From assembly GCA_964016885.1 (NCBI GenBank), contig OZ024741.1, positions 178,126,001-178,190,000 of the forward strand: a stretch of 64,000 nucleotides of DNA, given 5' to 3'. Both the position numbers and the translations under genes were made by a program. The notes under the pieces are model-generated. The model had not been told where the DNA came from. It ran no database searches and was given only the letters and a program-made list of their open reading frames with translations. Source of the DNA: Eledone cirrhosa (lineage: Eukaryota). Shown one piece after another: positions 12,816-26,176 of this stretch; the first letter of the stretch is position 1; every line of letters starts with the position of its first letter.

Positions 12816-14741
12816 TTAGTGGGTTTTTCTTTTGGGAACCCCTTTAAAAGTCTTGAAGTGGGTTTTACGTTCGGGTTCCAACGTCCTGAGGAAAGCTGTT
12901 TCGTATATCTTTGAATATGTCGAGCGACATTCGCACCAGAACCAAATCTCCCGGCACGCGAAATGTGCTCGATTTAAAAATTTCCCCCTCTTTTTGTATA
13001 TTTTCACTTCGTGCTACGAGAGCCATCAGTTCCTTGTTGGCCCTCCTGACGAGCACGAAGTTTTGTATGTTTTGTTGGTGTGATTTTATTTGTTTGCGTG
13101 GCTGTGGTGGTGATGGTTTTGGTGTTGTTGTTTCGGTTGTATCTGTGTTTGTTGTGAGTGCGGTGTCTGTGGTTTCAGATGTTTGTGTGTATATTTGTTC
13201 TTCCGTCTGTTTCGGTTGTTTCCTTTTGGGGGATTCTGGTGATGGTGATGGTGGTGTTGATGTTGGTTTTATTGGAGAGATGTTTGCGTGGGTGGTGTCT
13301 GCGTTTTTTAATGTGGGTGCTTTTGTGCTTTGTTGAGTTTATTTTTTTATTTTTGTGTTTCCTTTTTTGTATTTTGGGGGATTTGGGATTTCCCTCATCT
13401 TCACTACTCGTAGATGAGGGTTCAGTGTCTGTAAGTGTGTCTGTATGTATGTTTAAGGTTTTACTGGTGTGTGTATTTTTGTTGGGGGGGGGGGGTAGAT
13501 TTGACAGCTTTCCTCGTTTCCCCCCTGGGTGGTCAATGTTGGTGGTGGTCTTGCTATTGGTGTTGTTGTTGGTGGTTTTCCCAGTGCAGGTGTTGGTTGT
13601 GGTCCTCGCCCGGCGTCGGCAGCAGTGGAGCCTTTCGACCCCTTGCCTCTTTCAGCAGTTGAGGGTAGAAGGCTCGCAAATGGGTTTTTTCCCCACAAAC
13701 AAAATACTGCGGCCCTTTACCTTCGGTCATAATGTGAATGACAGTCCCATTCTGAAGGCGGATGTGGTCTGGGATTGTCTTCACATTTTCGGACCTGATC
13801 TGGAGAATGATCTCCAGGTCAACCCCGGACCAGTCCTCTCTGGCCGTTCTGGTCACTTCTATAGGGACTGTATCCGTCTCCTCCACAATCACACATCCCA
13901 GAAGCCACCACATGTCAAGTCCTGGTGGGATTCTGGGAATGCGGAGACGGGCCGTTCTTTTTCCCATATGGGAGGGGTACATTATGACCTTACTGGTTTT
14001 GCAAGGAGTCATAGCGTGTTTCATAGCGAGGGCTTCTGACTTGAACAACACCGAAATGGTGCCGTACTGTCTCCCCCTCTCTATGTACTGTGTGTCTTCT
14101 CTGATGAACCTCAGCGCGACTTCGACATCTTCTTGTGGGATTAACGCTGCCCTTTTGGTTTGTGCTGAGATGCATCAATAATGCACCGTTTTGCGATCCA
14201 CTGCCTCAATAGCTTCTACCGGGACAGTTAAGTTGGCCCAAGTTTGCTTGATGAGCTTCCATGCCTGGGCCAACTTTTCATCTTTGTTTGAGAAGTCCAT
14301 GTTGAAGCATGGCCTCTTTTTTGCTGCTGCCGCAGCGAAAGTGATCTTGTTTTCGTTGGGGGTGTTGTTGACGTTTTTCTTGTTGGTGTTGTTGTTAGCA
14401 CTGTCGCCGTTATCATTGTTGTCTTTGTTGCCACCGTTGTTCTCGGTGCAGTCGATATTGTTGCTGTTGGTGTTGTCGCTATTTGTTTTCATGTTAGTGG
14501 TGTTGATATTGTTGTTGTATTTGTTATTTTTTTGTATGTTATCTGTATTTTCGTTGTCGCTGTTACTGTGATTCCTTTCAAAATTAGAGTTCTTATTGGT
14601 ATCATTGGTGTCTTTGTTTACTTTGTTTGTGGTGGTGTTTGTGTTATCAATGTGTGTTAATTTCCCTGTAGCGCTCCTCTCAACTTCTACGTCGTTGTCG
14701 CACGACAGCCGACATATTGCTGGGGGGCGTGGCTCAGCCAT
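12816..14741 (-). pseudogene. ORF1 of element C
   Basis: MAEPRPPAIC start, Asn/Thr-rich tract, REDWSG motif and decayed knuckle EGKGPQYFVCGEKTHLRAFYP, all aligning with B. Confidence 0.7.
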
Positions 14742-15859
14742 GTTTATTTTTCTTCGTAAATTTGTTAACATGTAAAAAGAAGTTCAAATATTTGGGCCAA
14801 AGGGCCCAAATATTATACTTTCCCCTTCACGGGGCAAATTCTAAGGGCTTATATCCCTTACACAACAAGAAATATTTAACAACAAATAATTTAAACAGGC
14901 AAATAAAGCGACTTACTGTGAGCGAGCAAAATACGTCCGCTTAGACCAATAATAATAATAATAACTTCTAAAAAGAACATAGTAATATAAAACTTGACGC
15001 TGGTACACTCAACTTTAGAATTATGATAATAGCTAATGCATAGACTTTGTGAGATATCAACGCAATATATACCTCAAATCATTTGGTATTGGACACTACT
15101 GATGCTACATTTGTCTGCATTTATGTTGGCAATCAGTATACTGCATCAGAAAATTCTATTCTAGGCGCCTATTATATGATGTTATTCTAACACAGTTTGA
15201 GAGCTAACGCATTTTTCTAGAAGTATCTGTATTGAAATTATATCATGACATTCAAATTATTACGTGATCCATAATTTCTCTATTTCTCTTTTAAATCTAA
15301 CATCACGTGATGTGATTACATACTTTCTGAATAAAGCTTTGACATAAAACTGGTTCAAGATGGAGTAGCGTTTAACAATTTTATTCATGCACCTATTTAT
15401 CTCCGTCTTTATATACCTATGTATTGTTTTCAGATTTCACATTTTCTCAACATTGGATGATGGAATTATTTGGCTTCCATAGGTTGGTTAATGTCATTCC
15501 TAATTTCCTCTCAGGTTTATCTTAAAATGCTATTTGCCGAGATTATATGTTATTTGCAATATCATTACTCATTCTTCCTGGTATTGGTGGATGTATATAA
15601 CGAAAAGGGGTGGATGAGCTCGCGAGGGTCAACGGCCATCCTATATTGTGCGCATATGTAAATATGTATATATTGTATGAATAGGTGTATGTGGGATTAC
15701 TTTCTAACCTTTTACAATTTTTTACTTTATAACCTATGTACATCTGCGAAGGTTAAATCACCAAGTTGAGATATTGTGCGGGATAGCCTCCCTTGATGAG
15801 AGTGGGTGAAGTCTCTCTGAGTTTTGAGTGACAGTGATACGATAAAAACACTTGTTGTA

Positions 15860-18440
15860 TTTGCGTTACAAACACTTACAAACTCTTTCTTCCAACATGC
15901 CAGGAGCCAGCATATGGAAGAGTAGGCTCATAAAGTTAACATGAGAATTTCACTTCAGAGATTCGATGTACAGAGGAGGCTACCTCCGGATCCCCCAATA
16001 ATGGGCAGGAAGGCACATAGCATCCCTGGACTGATGTGACAGCTGCTACCAGGGAATCACACCAGCAGCATCGGACTCATCTGAATCATGGGAACAAAAG
16101 AAACACTCGGACAAAGAAAAGGACCTTCATTATTTACACATAAAACACATGAAATGTCAATGGTTTTAATACCAACTCTCTTGAGACAATGCTTTATAAA
16201 CTTGAGAAAGTAAACTGGGATATTATTTGACTATCACAGACTAAATCAAAAGAAATCAAAATCAAAATTAACCAAGATACCGGACACTAAATTTACCTAT
16301 CAAGCAATGAGACTCGTCGCATAAATGGAGTGGGTTTCTTTGTTAACAAAAAGTGCACATCACTAATATACGACTATGAACCTATATCAGACAGACTATC
16401 TTTTCTGAGCTTTAAGGATACGTTTTGTAAACTTGTACTTATCCAGTGCTATTTTCACCGCATCTACACATCCAGAAGAAGAAATCAATGAGCTTTATGA
16501 CAATATCCAGGCCATTATAGATGAGATACCAAAAAGAGATCACCTCTTTTTAATAGATGACTTTAAAGGTGGGCGACTGAATTAATTAAATATTGGGAAA
16601 TATCCACATTTAACTTGAGAGGTAAGCCTATAACCTAGCTGTGTACATGGAACAATCTGCTGATCATCAACACAATATTTGAAAAGAAAGGCCTGCTCAC
16701 TTGGATATCGCCAAGCAGTATAACTAAGAATCAAATCGACTTTATCATTGCAAGAAAATGTTCAACAAGGCTAAGCATATTAGACAGCTCTACTCTTAGC
16801 ACTCTTGATATGTATGACCACAACTTTGCCTGGCCACAACGAACTAAAATACCATCGAAAGTTAACTTAAACAAACTCTCATGTAACGAAACTTCAGGCC
16901 AATTCGAACATGAGTTGCAAAACCACATTTCAGCTTTGCAATTTAACGAAGACTCCCCAACAACATTTATGATACCATCTTTAGAGGCATAAAAGAGGTA
17001 CCTGAAGAGGCTTTAACTAAGGAAAGACTTTCCATTCCACAGTGGATGTCACAACAAACATAGAAAGCAATATCTGAAAAACATAGATCAGAAGAGAACG
17101 TGGCCATACATCAGCCCAAGGCTGAATCCGAGAAATTTATTAAATCAGACAAACTTAAGCAAATGTGCAACAACATTGAGGAACTAAATAATCTACCACC
17201 CTACAGCTTATATCATGCTGTTTTAAAGAAACTAAAGACTAAACCAAGAAAACTTAGTTGGGGCAACAAAGATTCAAATAGTATTATTCTCATTATCCTT
17301 GTATGCTTGGCTAAATTATGAGGAATGTAATTCAGCATCTCAGAACCAACAACCATTCATGATTCGACATCAGATGCGATTCCACCTATTTCAAAGGCCC
17401 ACGTCGGTCACTAATGACCATGGTTTTGCACCTATACACAAAGTTTCCATCCGATAAACAAGCCCGGGAAAAGTCTGCTTATGAGGCACCAGCAGTCAGC
17501 TATGCATACCAGCCTCCCCTCTTCACGACAACAACGTTTTCCAAGGGAAAGGTAATTTCCCATACAACTTGGCACCGATGACGTCACAACTTATTTTTAC
17601 AACTGAATGAACTGGGTCAACGTGAAATAAAGTGTCTTCCCCAAGAACCCGATGTATAATGCTATCCGAGAATTGAACTCACATCCACTCAATTACACGC
17701 CCAGCGCACCAATCGCTAAGACATGCGCCAGGTATATACAAGAAAGCATTGGTAGTTGTATTCTACAAACAGGGTAGCAGGCTTGACTGTGGGGGACTAT
17801 CGTCCTTTCAGCCTATTGATTCATGTTTACAAGATGTTCATGAGGATCGTTGCAGCATGAGTAAAGTCAGACCTTTATGCCTCATTTCCTGAAACACAAG
17901 CTGCGTATCAACTTGGAAGAGGCACCACTGAGCAGATCCTAGCTATTGAATAAATCATTGAGAAAGCAATAGAATTCGACAACCCTCTGCACATTACCTT
18001 CATTGACTCAACAAAAGCTTTTGACAGCCTGTGGCTAATCTTTATAAAAATTAACAAGAGTAACAAGAAATACAAGATCACTTCAGAAGTTTTCTATTCC
18101 AGAACCACCTCATGAGACTTATGATTAACAAACACTCAGTGAACATATCTCAATCAATGACCTACTCAACATTACAAAGCTTAACCCAGTTACATCAGTT
18201 ATCAAGTCAATAGTACTTATACTGTATGGTCATATCAAAAGATCAACTCGTGGTGTGAGTACGTTATGCCGAGAAGGAATGTTAGCCGGTAAGAGAAGCA
18301 AAACGATGGCTTGATAATGTCAACTTATGAACTGGACTTGACCTTTGATCTTTAAGCTCTGCTGTTAGGGATCGAATTGTGTGGAGAGGAATATCTCATG
18401 TTGATGTGAAGTCTGAAAAGGCAGTGAGCATCTACGAGAT
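15860..18440 (+). mobile_element. Heavily decayed APE-RT LINE (RTE-like) with internal deletions
   Basis: Readable remnants: NGVGFFVNK, PISDRL, IQCY, LTWISP..KNQIDFI (APE); QAAYQLGRGTTEQI, FID.TKAFDS (RT). Interrupted by a SINE. Confidence 0.65.
17395..17732 (-). mobile_element. tRNA-derived SINE (family S2) nested in the LINE
   Basis: Shares core ..caactgaatgaactgg..caacgtgaaataaagtgtctt and a tRNA-like head with the copy at 22195-22520. Confidence 0.65.
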
Positions 18441-18814
18441 GTAATGAAAACGGAAGATTATCTTGTCCATATTGTTCGCCTACTCTACTTTCTTCATAAT
18501 TACATTTCTTCTTATAAAGCTTCGTATTTATTTTGTCACAAATATAGAGAAGCTACTTGAAACAGCTAATAGAGCTCAGTTTACTATTTAACTTAAAGAG
18601 TCGCATACTATTTTTCTATCAGCGTGTTTTGAATATATTGGTGCTGTACAGTTCGACAGTTTGCTTTTGAAGCATAACAATCATTAACCTAAATTTTACG
18701 ATACATAGTCAGGTCATTGATCTGCGTTGAGATAGACTTAAATTGCTATTGAATAAATATATATTCAGCTATAACTAATAACAGTTCGAAATAGCATAAT
18801 GAATAAGGATTTCA

Positions 18815-18925
18815 AATATAAGGCCAGGACCAGCAAGTTGGAGGAAGAGTAATGGCAATTAACGCGGGAGAAATGAAAGTGAAAGTTAACCTCGGCGAGA
18901 TTTGAATTAAGGCCATAAATACCCA
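18815..18925 (-). mobile_element. SINE S1 fragment
   Basis: Contains aaagttaacctcggcgagatttgaa as in the other S1 copies. Confidence 0.5.
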
Positions 18926-19739
18926 TAAGAAGTGCCACATGCTGAAAAAACGAAATTAGACACTGTTAAAACAGTAAAAGAAAAAAAAAGAAATAAGGTA
19001 ACAAAATAGAAAATCGATAAATAGAAAATAGAAAAAAAATAGAAAAAGGTTCCCAAAATATTGATCAAATACTTAAAACCAATAACAGTGATATGCTAAG
19101 TCTTTAAATAATTTCGGTCTCTAACTAAAAGTCTCTAACTAATTTATCGATGCCAACTCAACAGATGGGGATTTTCTCTCAAACCATCCCGGGAGTCAGA
19201 AATAAATATAATGACGAAAATATATGTATGAAAGTACAATGACCAGAAGATGTGGAATCGTTAATAGATGAAGGCAAGGAAAAAACTGGTTACGGTTGAT
19301 TTCAATGATATGTGTGAAATGTTGGCAGAAACGTAAGATGTTCTGTCATGATGACTGAATTAGTTTTTCACCATTTGTGGGTGAGTAAAGCTAAATGTCT
19401 TTGCCTGTTTTACATTTATAAATCCCCCTTTTAATTAATGTGTTTATGACATGACATCTGGTATGCACATTTCATATTTTGTTCACATATTTAATGCACA
19501 TATTACGTTAACCGTGTTTTCATATAAAGGAGCGTCCAGTTCTGCATGAGCACATATGTCTAACAAATGAAACCCTTATTAAAATTATCATTATTCATAT
19601 TGTTTGTTTCGTGACTGTCGAAACTGCAACTGCAATATTGTGAGAACAAAACAGAACCTTACCGCTTCGTTCTTCGCGTGGATTAACAAGGGTCACGTTC
19701 AGGATTTAGGTAGAGGAGCCTGTTCGAAAAATATATTCC

Positions 19740-20304
19740 AGTCTCCATTTCATGCCGCAAATACTGGCACTTGGCCTATTGCCTGTCCTGGGAGACGTGG
19801 GATAGAGGCACAAAGATTGCGTATCCACAAACTCCATCACAACCCTTACGTGAAAGAAGCAGAAACTAGTGGAGTAGACTAGCTGGTACCGGCTAGATAT
19901 AGTCGGTTTTCCTCAACAATGTTCCGTGGCTCTGATACTGCAGATTTAGATGGAGGATGGAAAGTCCACTATTTAAGTGAGACGCTAGAAGTGACTGCAA
20001 AGGTGATATGGGGATACTCACAAGTTTCCGGCTGAAAAAAAAAGAGAATAGAAAAAAATGAGATCACAACTCCAATACTGAGGTCACGTGGTTAGCATGT
20101 CTCAAGAAAGAATCACTGGACAGATCTTAAGGACAAACAGTGCGGCAGAAGTCCCAAGGGTAGACCACGTGCAAGTTGTTTGGATAACATCCATGAGCTT
20201 GGTTGGTATAGCTTGGGTATCCAGCCGGATGAGTTGGAAACGGTTGCTTCTGGAGGGACCCGTTGAATGGTTGTTTCACGACCCTGCTCCCAGGGCCCCC
20301 TGTA
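19740..20304 (+). mobile_element. Short, decayed RTE-like LINE remnant ending in (GAA)n
   Basis: Traces of an APE start (LDIVG...GWK) and a 3' segment resembling RPR..W.D, followed directly by a (GAA)n tail. Confidence 0.4.
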
Positions 20305-20389
20305 GAAGAAGAAGAAGAAGAAGAAGAAGAAGAAGAAGAAGAAGAAGAAGAAGAAGAAGAAGAAGAAGAAGAAGAAGAAGAAGAACAAC

Positions 20390-20420
<31 letters not shown>

Positions 20421-20465
20421 TCAACATCAACATCAACAACAACAGCAGCAACAATATCAACAACA
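20304..20465 (+). repeat. Compound microsatellite (GAA)n-(CAA/CAT)n
   Basis: Directly visible. Confidence 0.95.
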
Positions 20466-20534
20466 TGCTACTGGATATACAGACTGATTAGAGTACCGTA
20501 CCAAATGCCTTCGTTGCATTTAGTTACTAACAAT

Positions 20535-20690
20535 TATGATCAAAGTTCCAATACCGCCAAAAACAAATTTACATTTCATAATTCCGGTGTCGATAAAATA
20601 TACACCAGTTAAGTCTTGGTATTTATATGATCGACATTCCCATTCCCTTATATGGCTGGCCTTGTGCAATGTATGAAATAATTATTATTA
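20535..20690 (+). mobile_element. SINE S1-related fragment
   Basis: gtcgataaaata..accagt..ggccttgtgc..aataattattatt. Confidence 0.5.
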
Positions 20691-20919
20691 TATATATGGA
20701 AGAATACATAACTTCTCCCGGGTAGAGAACTCAGAACTTTATGCTTTTAACGTAATATCTGAAAGCTCCTGACAACTATGTTGGAGATAAGATTAATAGA
20801 TTTCGAAAAAAAAAATTAAGATATGCTAAGAATGAATTATCTAGAATGATAGAGTCACTGTCATTCTCATTTGCTCACTGGAAATGTTTGCTTGCTTCAC
20901 ATAACGCTTTATATATACG

Positions 20920-21049
<130 letters not shown>

Positions 21050-22194
21050 GTAGTTAGCACGAATGTATGTATAACTTTGCTATTACAGATAAAAGCCTAT
21101 TTACACAAGGAAACAAGTCAATGATTAGTCGTTATGTATTGGCAAATACATAGGTGATATTTGTTATCATAAATCACTGCAGCAAACAGATCACCTATCT
21201 CGTGGGAGCTAATGTTTGCATTGCTGAATATCTATGCACAAAGCAGTTTTAATACCTGTCAGAGAGATATCATGACCTGACGTACATTTCTATGTAAATC
21301 ATGTGGAACCTGTGTGTATTTTAAGAATATGTTGCATTTATTAGTATTCTCACATGAGGAAAGTAGGATGCTGAATTGGCAAAAACAGTAGAATGTCGAA
21401 CTTTATATTTTTCAGTGAGTAGACACCAGACCCTGTTTTTTTGAATTTGATTTCCTCAAGCCTTGTCCATTATTCTCCTCAAGAAGACAATGTATGTACC
21501 AGTGAGAAAACAACTATTCATCATTTTTTTAAATCCATTATATTTTCCAAAACAACAAGATAAAACTCGTCAGTATTCAATAGTTTATTCCAACTCTGCC
21601 GACTTGCCTGCCAATGTCTCTTACCACTAAGATATTAATAATATTGAAATGAATTCAAGCGAATATTTTCCCATGCTTCTAGACGTGTAGTTTCATATAT
21701 TTTCTACCAGGCTAAAAATAAATATTTGTTGAGAAGAAAGAACTGCTATATCTGTCACAGCGAATTAGTAATTTGCATGAACTAAAATAGCAACTATTGT
21801 TGCCTAGGGAAATGCATACCATAATTTTGTGTACACGGTAATGTAGATACGCTCACCAAACTTCTACATCCGCAAGATCACAGATTTGCATTGTCACTGG
21901 CTTTCTACAAAAACTTTCGAAGGCTTGGTGTTTTATACTCCAGCCTGCCTCTCAGAACTATATAACATATTGGCAGAGCTGAAATTTGCTATTGAATATC
22001 GACACGTTTTATCTTGTGGTCTTGGAAAGAGATGGGTGGTGTGATGGTGTAATGTTAGCACAGTGGTCTGGATAACCAAAGATGTGGGTTCGAATCATAA
22101 GTGCATTAATACTAACCATTTTGCATCAGTCTAAAATTTCTTTAGTAAAAACAATACGGCGAAAGCTTCTGTTTCTATTTATATATATAAGTAA

Positions 22195-22520
22195 AGACCT
22201 CGATTCGGTCACGAATGACCATCGGATATGTAACTAGAAAGTTCCCTTCCAAGGCACAAGTCCGGGCAGGGTTGTTTGAAGACCAGTACATGCATACCAG
22301 ACTCCTCTCTCCACACCGCCGATGATGTCCAAGGGAATGACAAAGGCCGATACAGCTTGGCACAAGTGACGTGGCAACTCATTTCTACAGCTGAGTAAAC
22401 TGGATCAACGTGAAATAAAGTGTCTTGATCAAGAACACAACGCAAAGCTGGGTCCGAAAATAGAACTCACAACCTCAAGATTGTAAGTCTGACGGTCTAA
22501 CCACTACGCCATGCGCCTTC
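22195..22520 (-). mobile_element. tRNA-derived SINE (family S2)
   Basis: Minus head ggcgcaTGGCGTAGTGGttagac...GAGTTCtattt, with the core shared with 17395-17732. Confidence 0.75.
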
Positions 22521-22820
22521 ACGCAATCACATGCGCACACACACACGCACACATACATGCACACACACACATATATATATATGTATATATATATAATATA
22601 TACATATAATATATATATATATGATATATATATATTATATATATATGTATATGTATTTTTAACCGTTGGTCAATCACTGATAAACATTGATTGCCAAATA
22701 AATTAACTATGGAGATATAATATAAAAGATACAGAAGCGAAAACCAATCCAGACCAAAGAGTGAGTGTGTTCAGTCATTATTTCTAGCAATATTATAACA
22801 ATATGACCCTCGCCAATTAT

Positions 22821-22875
<55 letters not shown>

Positions 22876-22904
22876 TATATATATATATTAAAATAACAGA
22901 TTAA

Positions 22905-22955
22905 AGTTTAAGCAAAGAATCGCTGCTTTCATCCTTAACAGGATCTTCTGAAACT
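22905..22955 (-). ncRNA. Type I hammerhead-like motif, U4A core variant (PLE-1 pLTR)
   Basis: agttt-CAGAAGA-stem II-GAAA-gcag..ttgc-TT-aaact; further copies at 25583-25633 (+) and ~38008-38056 (-). Confidence 0.5.
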
Positions 22956-23883
22956 AACAAAGTCAATCTATAAACGCAGAACTGGATATTTCAAAAAACG
23001 TTGCACCCGGAGGAAGACAGGAAGACGATACTTTGGTTCGTGGTAACGTTCGCTGGCAAAGAACGGGAAAAAACGAATAATACGTCATTAATAGGAGCGG
23101 TGAAAAACAATTACGCGCAAAGACAAAACCACGTTTATGGTATAAAAGAGGTCGTAGACTAATGTTCTCTTAGGTGGTGCATAGAGACGTTCTCTGGCAA
23201 TGAACGAAAAAACGAATATAATAAGTCATATGTGGAGCGTGGAGAACAATAGCACGCAAAGACAAAACCACGTAAATGGTATAGCAGAAATCGTAGACTA
23301 AAATTCTAACTAGGAGACCAAATGAATCTCCGCTACAAAGTTAAGAACAAAGTAAATAAATACAATACAGAAGTAATAGAAACAAATAAATACATACACG
23401 CAAACAGATACGTACATACACAAGCATACGCAAAACCTTACCATGGGTATACAAAACCACGCACATATAAATATGTGTGTGTGTGTATGCTTGTGTACAA
23501 ATAAATAAATAATTATATAAACGTATATAAGTAAATAAATACGTATATAACAAGCGCACACGCATACCTACATATAAATACACGAATGTTCGGAGACGTA
23601 AGTCAACTAAAACAAGAAGTACACATATACACACACCCACCATACGTACGAACCTGCACACTCACGCGGACGCAAAACTCCCGTATACACATAGCCAAAC
23701 CCTAAATACCAGAATATGTAAAACGTATACGCTATAACAGTCAAATATACGTACGAGAAGGTATACATACCTTCACAAAACATACGGGTAATATATACTT
23801 ACCTATGCAAATAAATAAAGGAATAAACAAAACATATACTTAGCTCCCACATCAAGACGTAAAATATCCACGTTATGATCGTG

Positions 23884-25371
23884 CTATCCGTTAGGGTATA
23901 ACGTGGGGCTGTAATACAGGAAAGTTTTGTGCAATTTATGTTTACAAGCCGAAATTGCCTCAGATTTTTTGTTTAAGATGTGGTCTGTAGCGTAGAGTAT
24001 TTCCAGGGCCTCAGCGGCGCAGAGGTCACATGGTCTTTTATTTCCGTTATACGATCTAGCCCTAGCTAGGATCTCCCAGTGTAACTTATATTGGGTGTGG
24101 TTGTCTTTTAGGCTCCAGATATAAGCTGAAAGTGACGTCATATTCCTTCTTAGAGGGTAACGAAAAGAATGGGTATGCATGTAAAGACGCTGCTTGAAAC
24201 TATTGGCGGTTAACCCTATGTAGGCCCTACGGGACGTGGGTGTTACAACCTTACATTTGTAGACAATGTTACTAGAGAGGCATTTCCCGGATAGGGGGCA
24301 ATCAGCCCGATTCTTACAATTACAGTTAGTACTAACTACTGGGTTGCACGTGTTCCTACGGCTAGGTAGTTTAGCTAAATTTGGAGCTGTGATGTTATGT
24401 GCAAGGTTAGGAGTCGTAGAGTAAGAAATTTTAATAGTATTTCTATTAAAAATTTTACTATCTTTATGTGTAGGGGGAAAATGCTTCGTAATAAGGGAAA
24501 GAAATATCTTAGCTAATGGTGTGGCCACCTCCATATTATATGGTGGGTTAAACCAACAAATGCGACGGGATCTATTTCTTCTAGGTCTATTTTCGTACTC
24601 TGTATATGCTACCTTATCGACAAATCCACTTCGAGCAAGAGCTTCATTGTAATAAGTGGAATGGTCGTTGAAAATGCGCTCGTTTGTGGAAAGACGGGAA
24701 AGCCTCAACGAAACGTTTCTTACCAGGTTCTTGGTTATGCTGGCAGGATGGTTGGAATGCTTACTTATGTAATTAAGCGTATCATTCGGCTTTCTATACG
24801 GGGAATACAACCCATTCAATAAATTGAGGGTAACGTCGAGGTAATTAACGACCGAGAGATTGGCCTCAACCTGTATAGAGAGGTTGAAGACTTTAAAGAA
24901 GGCTGTGAGTTCTTTTCTGAACCTGTCGCAAGCACGAGGTCCGCACTTAGTCATGGTCAAAAGACCATCGTCACGGTACAAACCATCGTCCTTGATAGAG
25001 AAAAGAAGGAAAAGGCCAATAAGATCAGTAACCTCCGCAGAGTCACTGGCGCCCATAATCACGTCGAATGGGGTACTATTGGATTTTTTTATCCAAATAG
25101 AGTCGTCGAAATTAATCACCGACTTTCGGGCATTAAGGATGACATCAACTTCAAAATCCTTAACCACTGTGAGTGTTTTAGCGAAATTGATAGCTCTAAG
25201 GAGAAGTGGTAAAGTGATGGAGGAGCAGTAATTGTTGATGTCGAATTGGATAAATCGGCAATGTTCCTTGTTACATATGCCGTTGAACCAATCAATCACC
25301 GCGAAAGAATTGTTCCACAGTGCGAGAGGGGCCAAACTTCTAATTTCAGGTATAATTCTATCAAGAATCAT
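23884..25371 (-). CDS. PLE reverse transcriptase + GIY-YIG endonuclease (C-terminal ~495 aa, open)
   Basis: FIQFDINNY, MGASDS, LYRDDGL, VNYLDVTL, YRKP, SNHP; CNC..CPL...C linker; IVY..YIGLT..FKQR..H; CDLC..E. Confidence 0.9.
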   Translation of the reverse strand: MILDRIIPEIRSLAPLALWNNSFAVIDWFNGICNKEHCRFIQFDINNYCSSITLPLLLRAINFAKTLTVVKDFEVDVILNARKSVINFDDSIWIKKSNSTPFDVIMGASDSAEVTDLIGLFLLFSIKDDGLYRDDGLLTMTKCGPRACDRFRKELTAFFKVFNLSIQVEANLSVVNYLDVTLNLLNGLYSPYRKPNDTLNYISKHSNHPASITKNLVRNVSLRLSRLSTNERIFNDHSTYYNEALARSGFVDKVAYTEYENRPRRNRSRRICWFNPPYNMEVATPLAKIFLSLITKHFPPTHKDSKIFNRNTIKISYSTTPNLAHNITAPNLAKLPSRRNTCNPVVSTNCNCKNRADCPLSGKCLSSNIVYKCKVVTPTSRRAYIGLTANSFKQRLYMHTHSFRYPLRRNMTSLSAYIWSLKDNHTQYKLHWEILARARSYNGNKRPCDLCAAEALEILYATDHILNKKSEAISACKHKLHKTFLYYSPTLYPNG

Positions 25372-25742
25372 TTTACTAAGTCTACCTAAATCGGACTTCG
25401 TAGGGTTAATAAGCCGAATAGAGGGGTTGTTCGGAAAATTGGATTTGTGATCCTTCAGGGTAAAGTGGGGAGAGATAGGGTCCAGAGAACGTTACCACGA
25501 ACCAAAGTATCCTCTTCTTGTCTTCCTCCGGGTGCAACGTTTTTTGAAATATCCAGTTCTGCGTTTACAGATTGACTTTGTTACTTTCAGAAGATCCCGT
25601 TAAGGGTGAAAGCAGCGATTCTTTGCTTAAACTTTAATCTGTTATTTTAATAAATATTTGCTCTACGGTTCTTATATATTTTGATATATATTTTCCTTAT
25701 CGAGCCCTCTTTGGATTTTAGTCTTCAATTTTATTATTATTA

Positions 25743-25793
<51 letters not shown>

Positions 25794-25796
<3 letters not shown>

Positions 25797-26176
25797 GAAT
25801 GTATATATAGTGTATTTTGCAATACACTGTATGCTTAATTAAAAGCATTTCGAAGACCTTATGCTATTGTTTTAGAGTAGTGATAGTCTCACTTACTTTA
25901 ATTTTCAGCAAACAGGGGAGATAAAGCCGACAGGGCCATGTTTCGCATTTGTTGATGCTTATCAAGGCTAACTACTCCCCCTGTTTGCCGAAAATCATGG
26001 ATGTTTGATTCTTATAGAATTAGAGTAAATAATAAGGAACTGATTATACAGAGCGGTTGCCGGTCAAGCAGAAATTGAAAATTAGAATTGGTGCTTTGAA
26101 ATAGCTATATATATATATGAATGTATATATAGTGTATTTTGTAATACACTGTATGCTTAATTAAAAGCATTTCGAA
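25794..26176 (-). repeat. Retrozyme-like family R3, ~1.2 units
   Basis: Homologous to the 318-bp unit at 58226-59200; terminal redundancy of ~60 bp; starts in (TA)n. Confidence 0.8.
25925..25969 (-). ncRNA. Type I hammerhead ribozyme, U3-A8 variant
   Basis: agcc-TTGATAA-gcat caacaa atgc-GAAA-ca tggccc tg-TC-ggct. Confidence 0.78.

Larger units (their letters stand above)
9126..14947 (-). mobile_element. Tx1/L1-like element C, full-length but decayed
   Basis: Bounded by (AAT)n at 9109-9125 and 14948-14964; 5' UTR nearly identical to B; same 3' end ttgtggccAATAAA. Confidence 0.9.
22888..25745 (-). mobile_element. Penelope-like element (PLE-1), 5'-truncated, with inverted pLTR at 25486-25745
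   Basis: 22888-23051 is the reverse complement of 25486-25652; both outer ends run into (TA)n; encloses an RT + GIY-YIG ORF. Confidence 0.9.

Noticed and set aside
13158-14039. 293-aa hydrophobic plus-strand ORF
   Set aside because: Antisense shadow of the AC-rich ORF1 of Tx1-like element C.
20088-20612. Poly-R/T, poly-E/Q and poly-F ORFs
   Set aside because: Translations of the (GAA)n(CAA)n microsatellite.
22040-22110. tRNA-like A/B boxes (tggtgtaatgttag..ggttcgaatc)
   Set aside because: No complete cloverleaf; probably a decayed SINE head.
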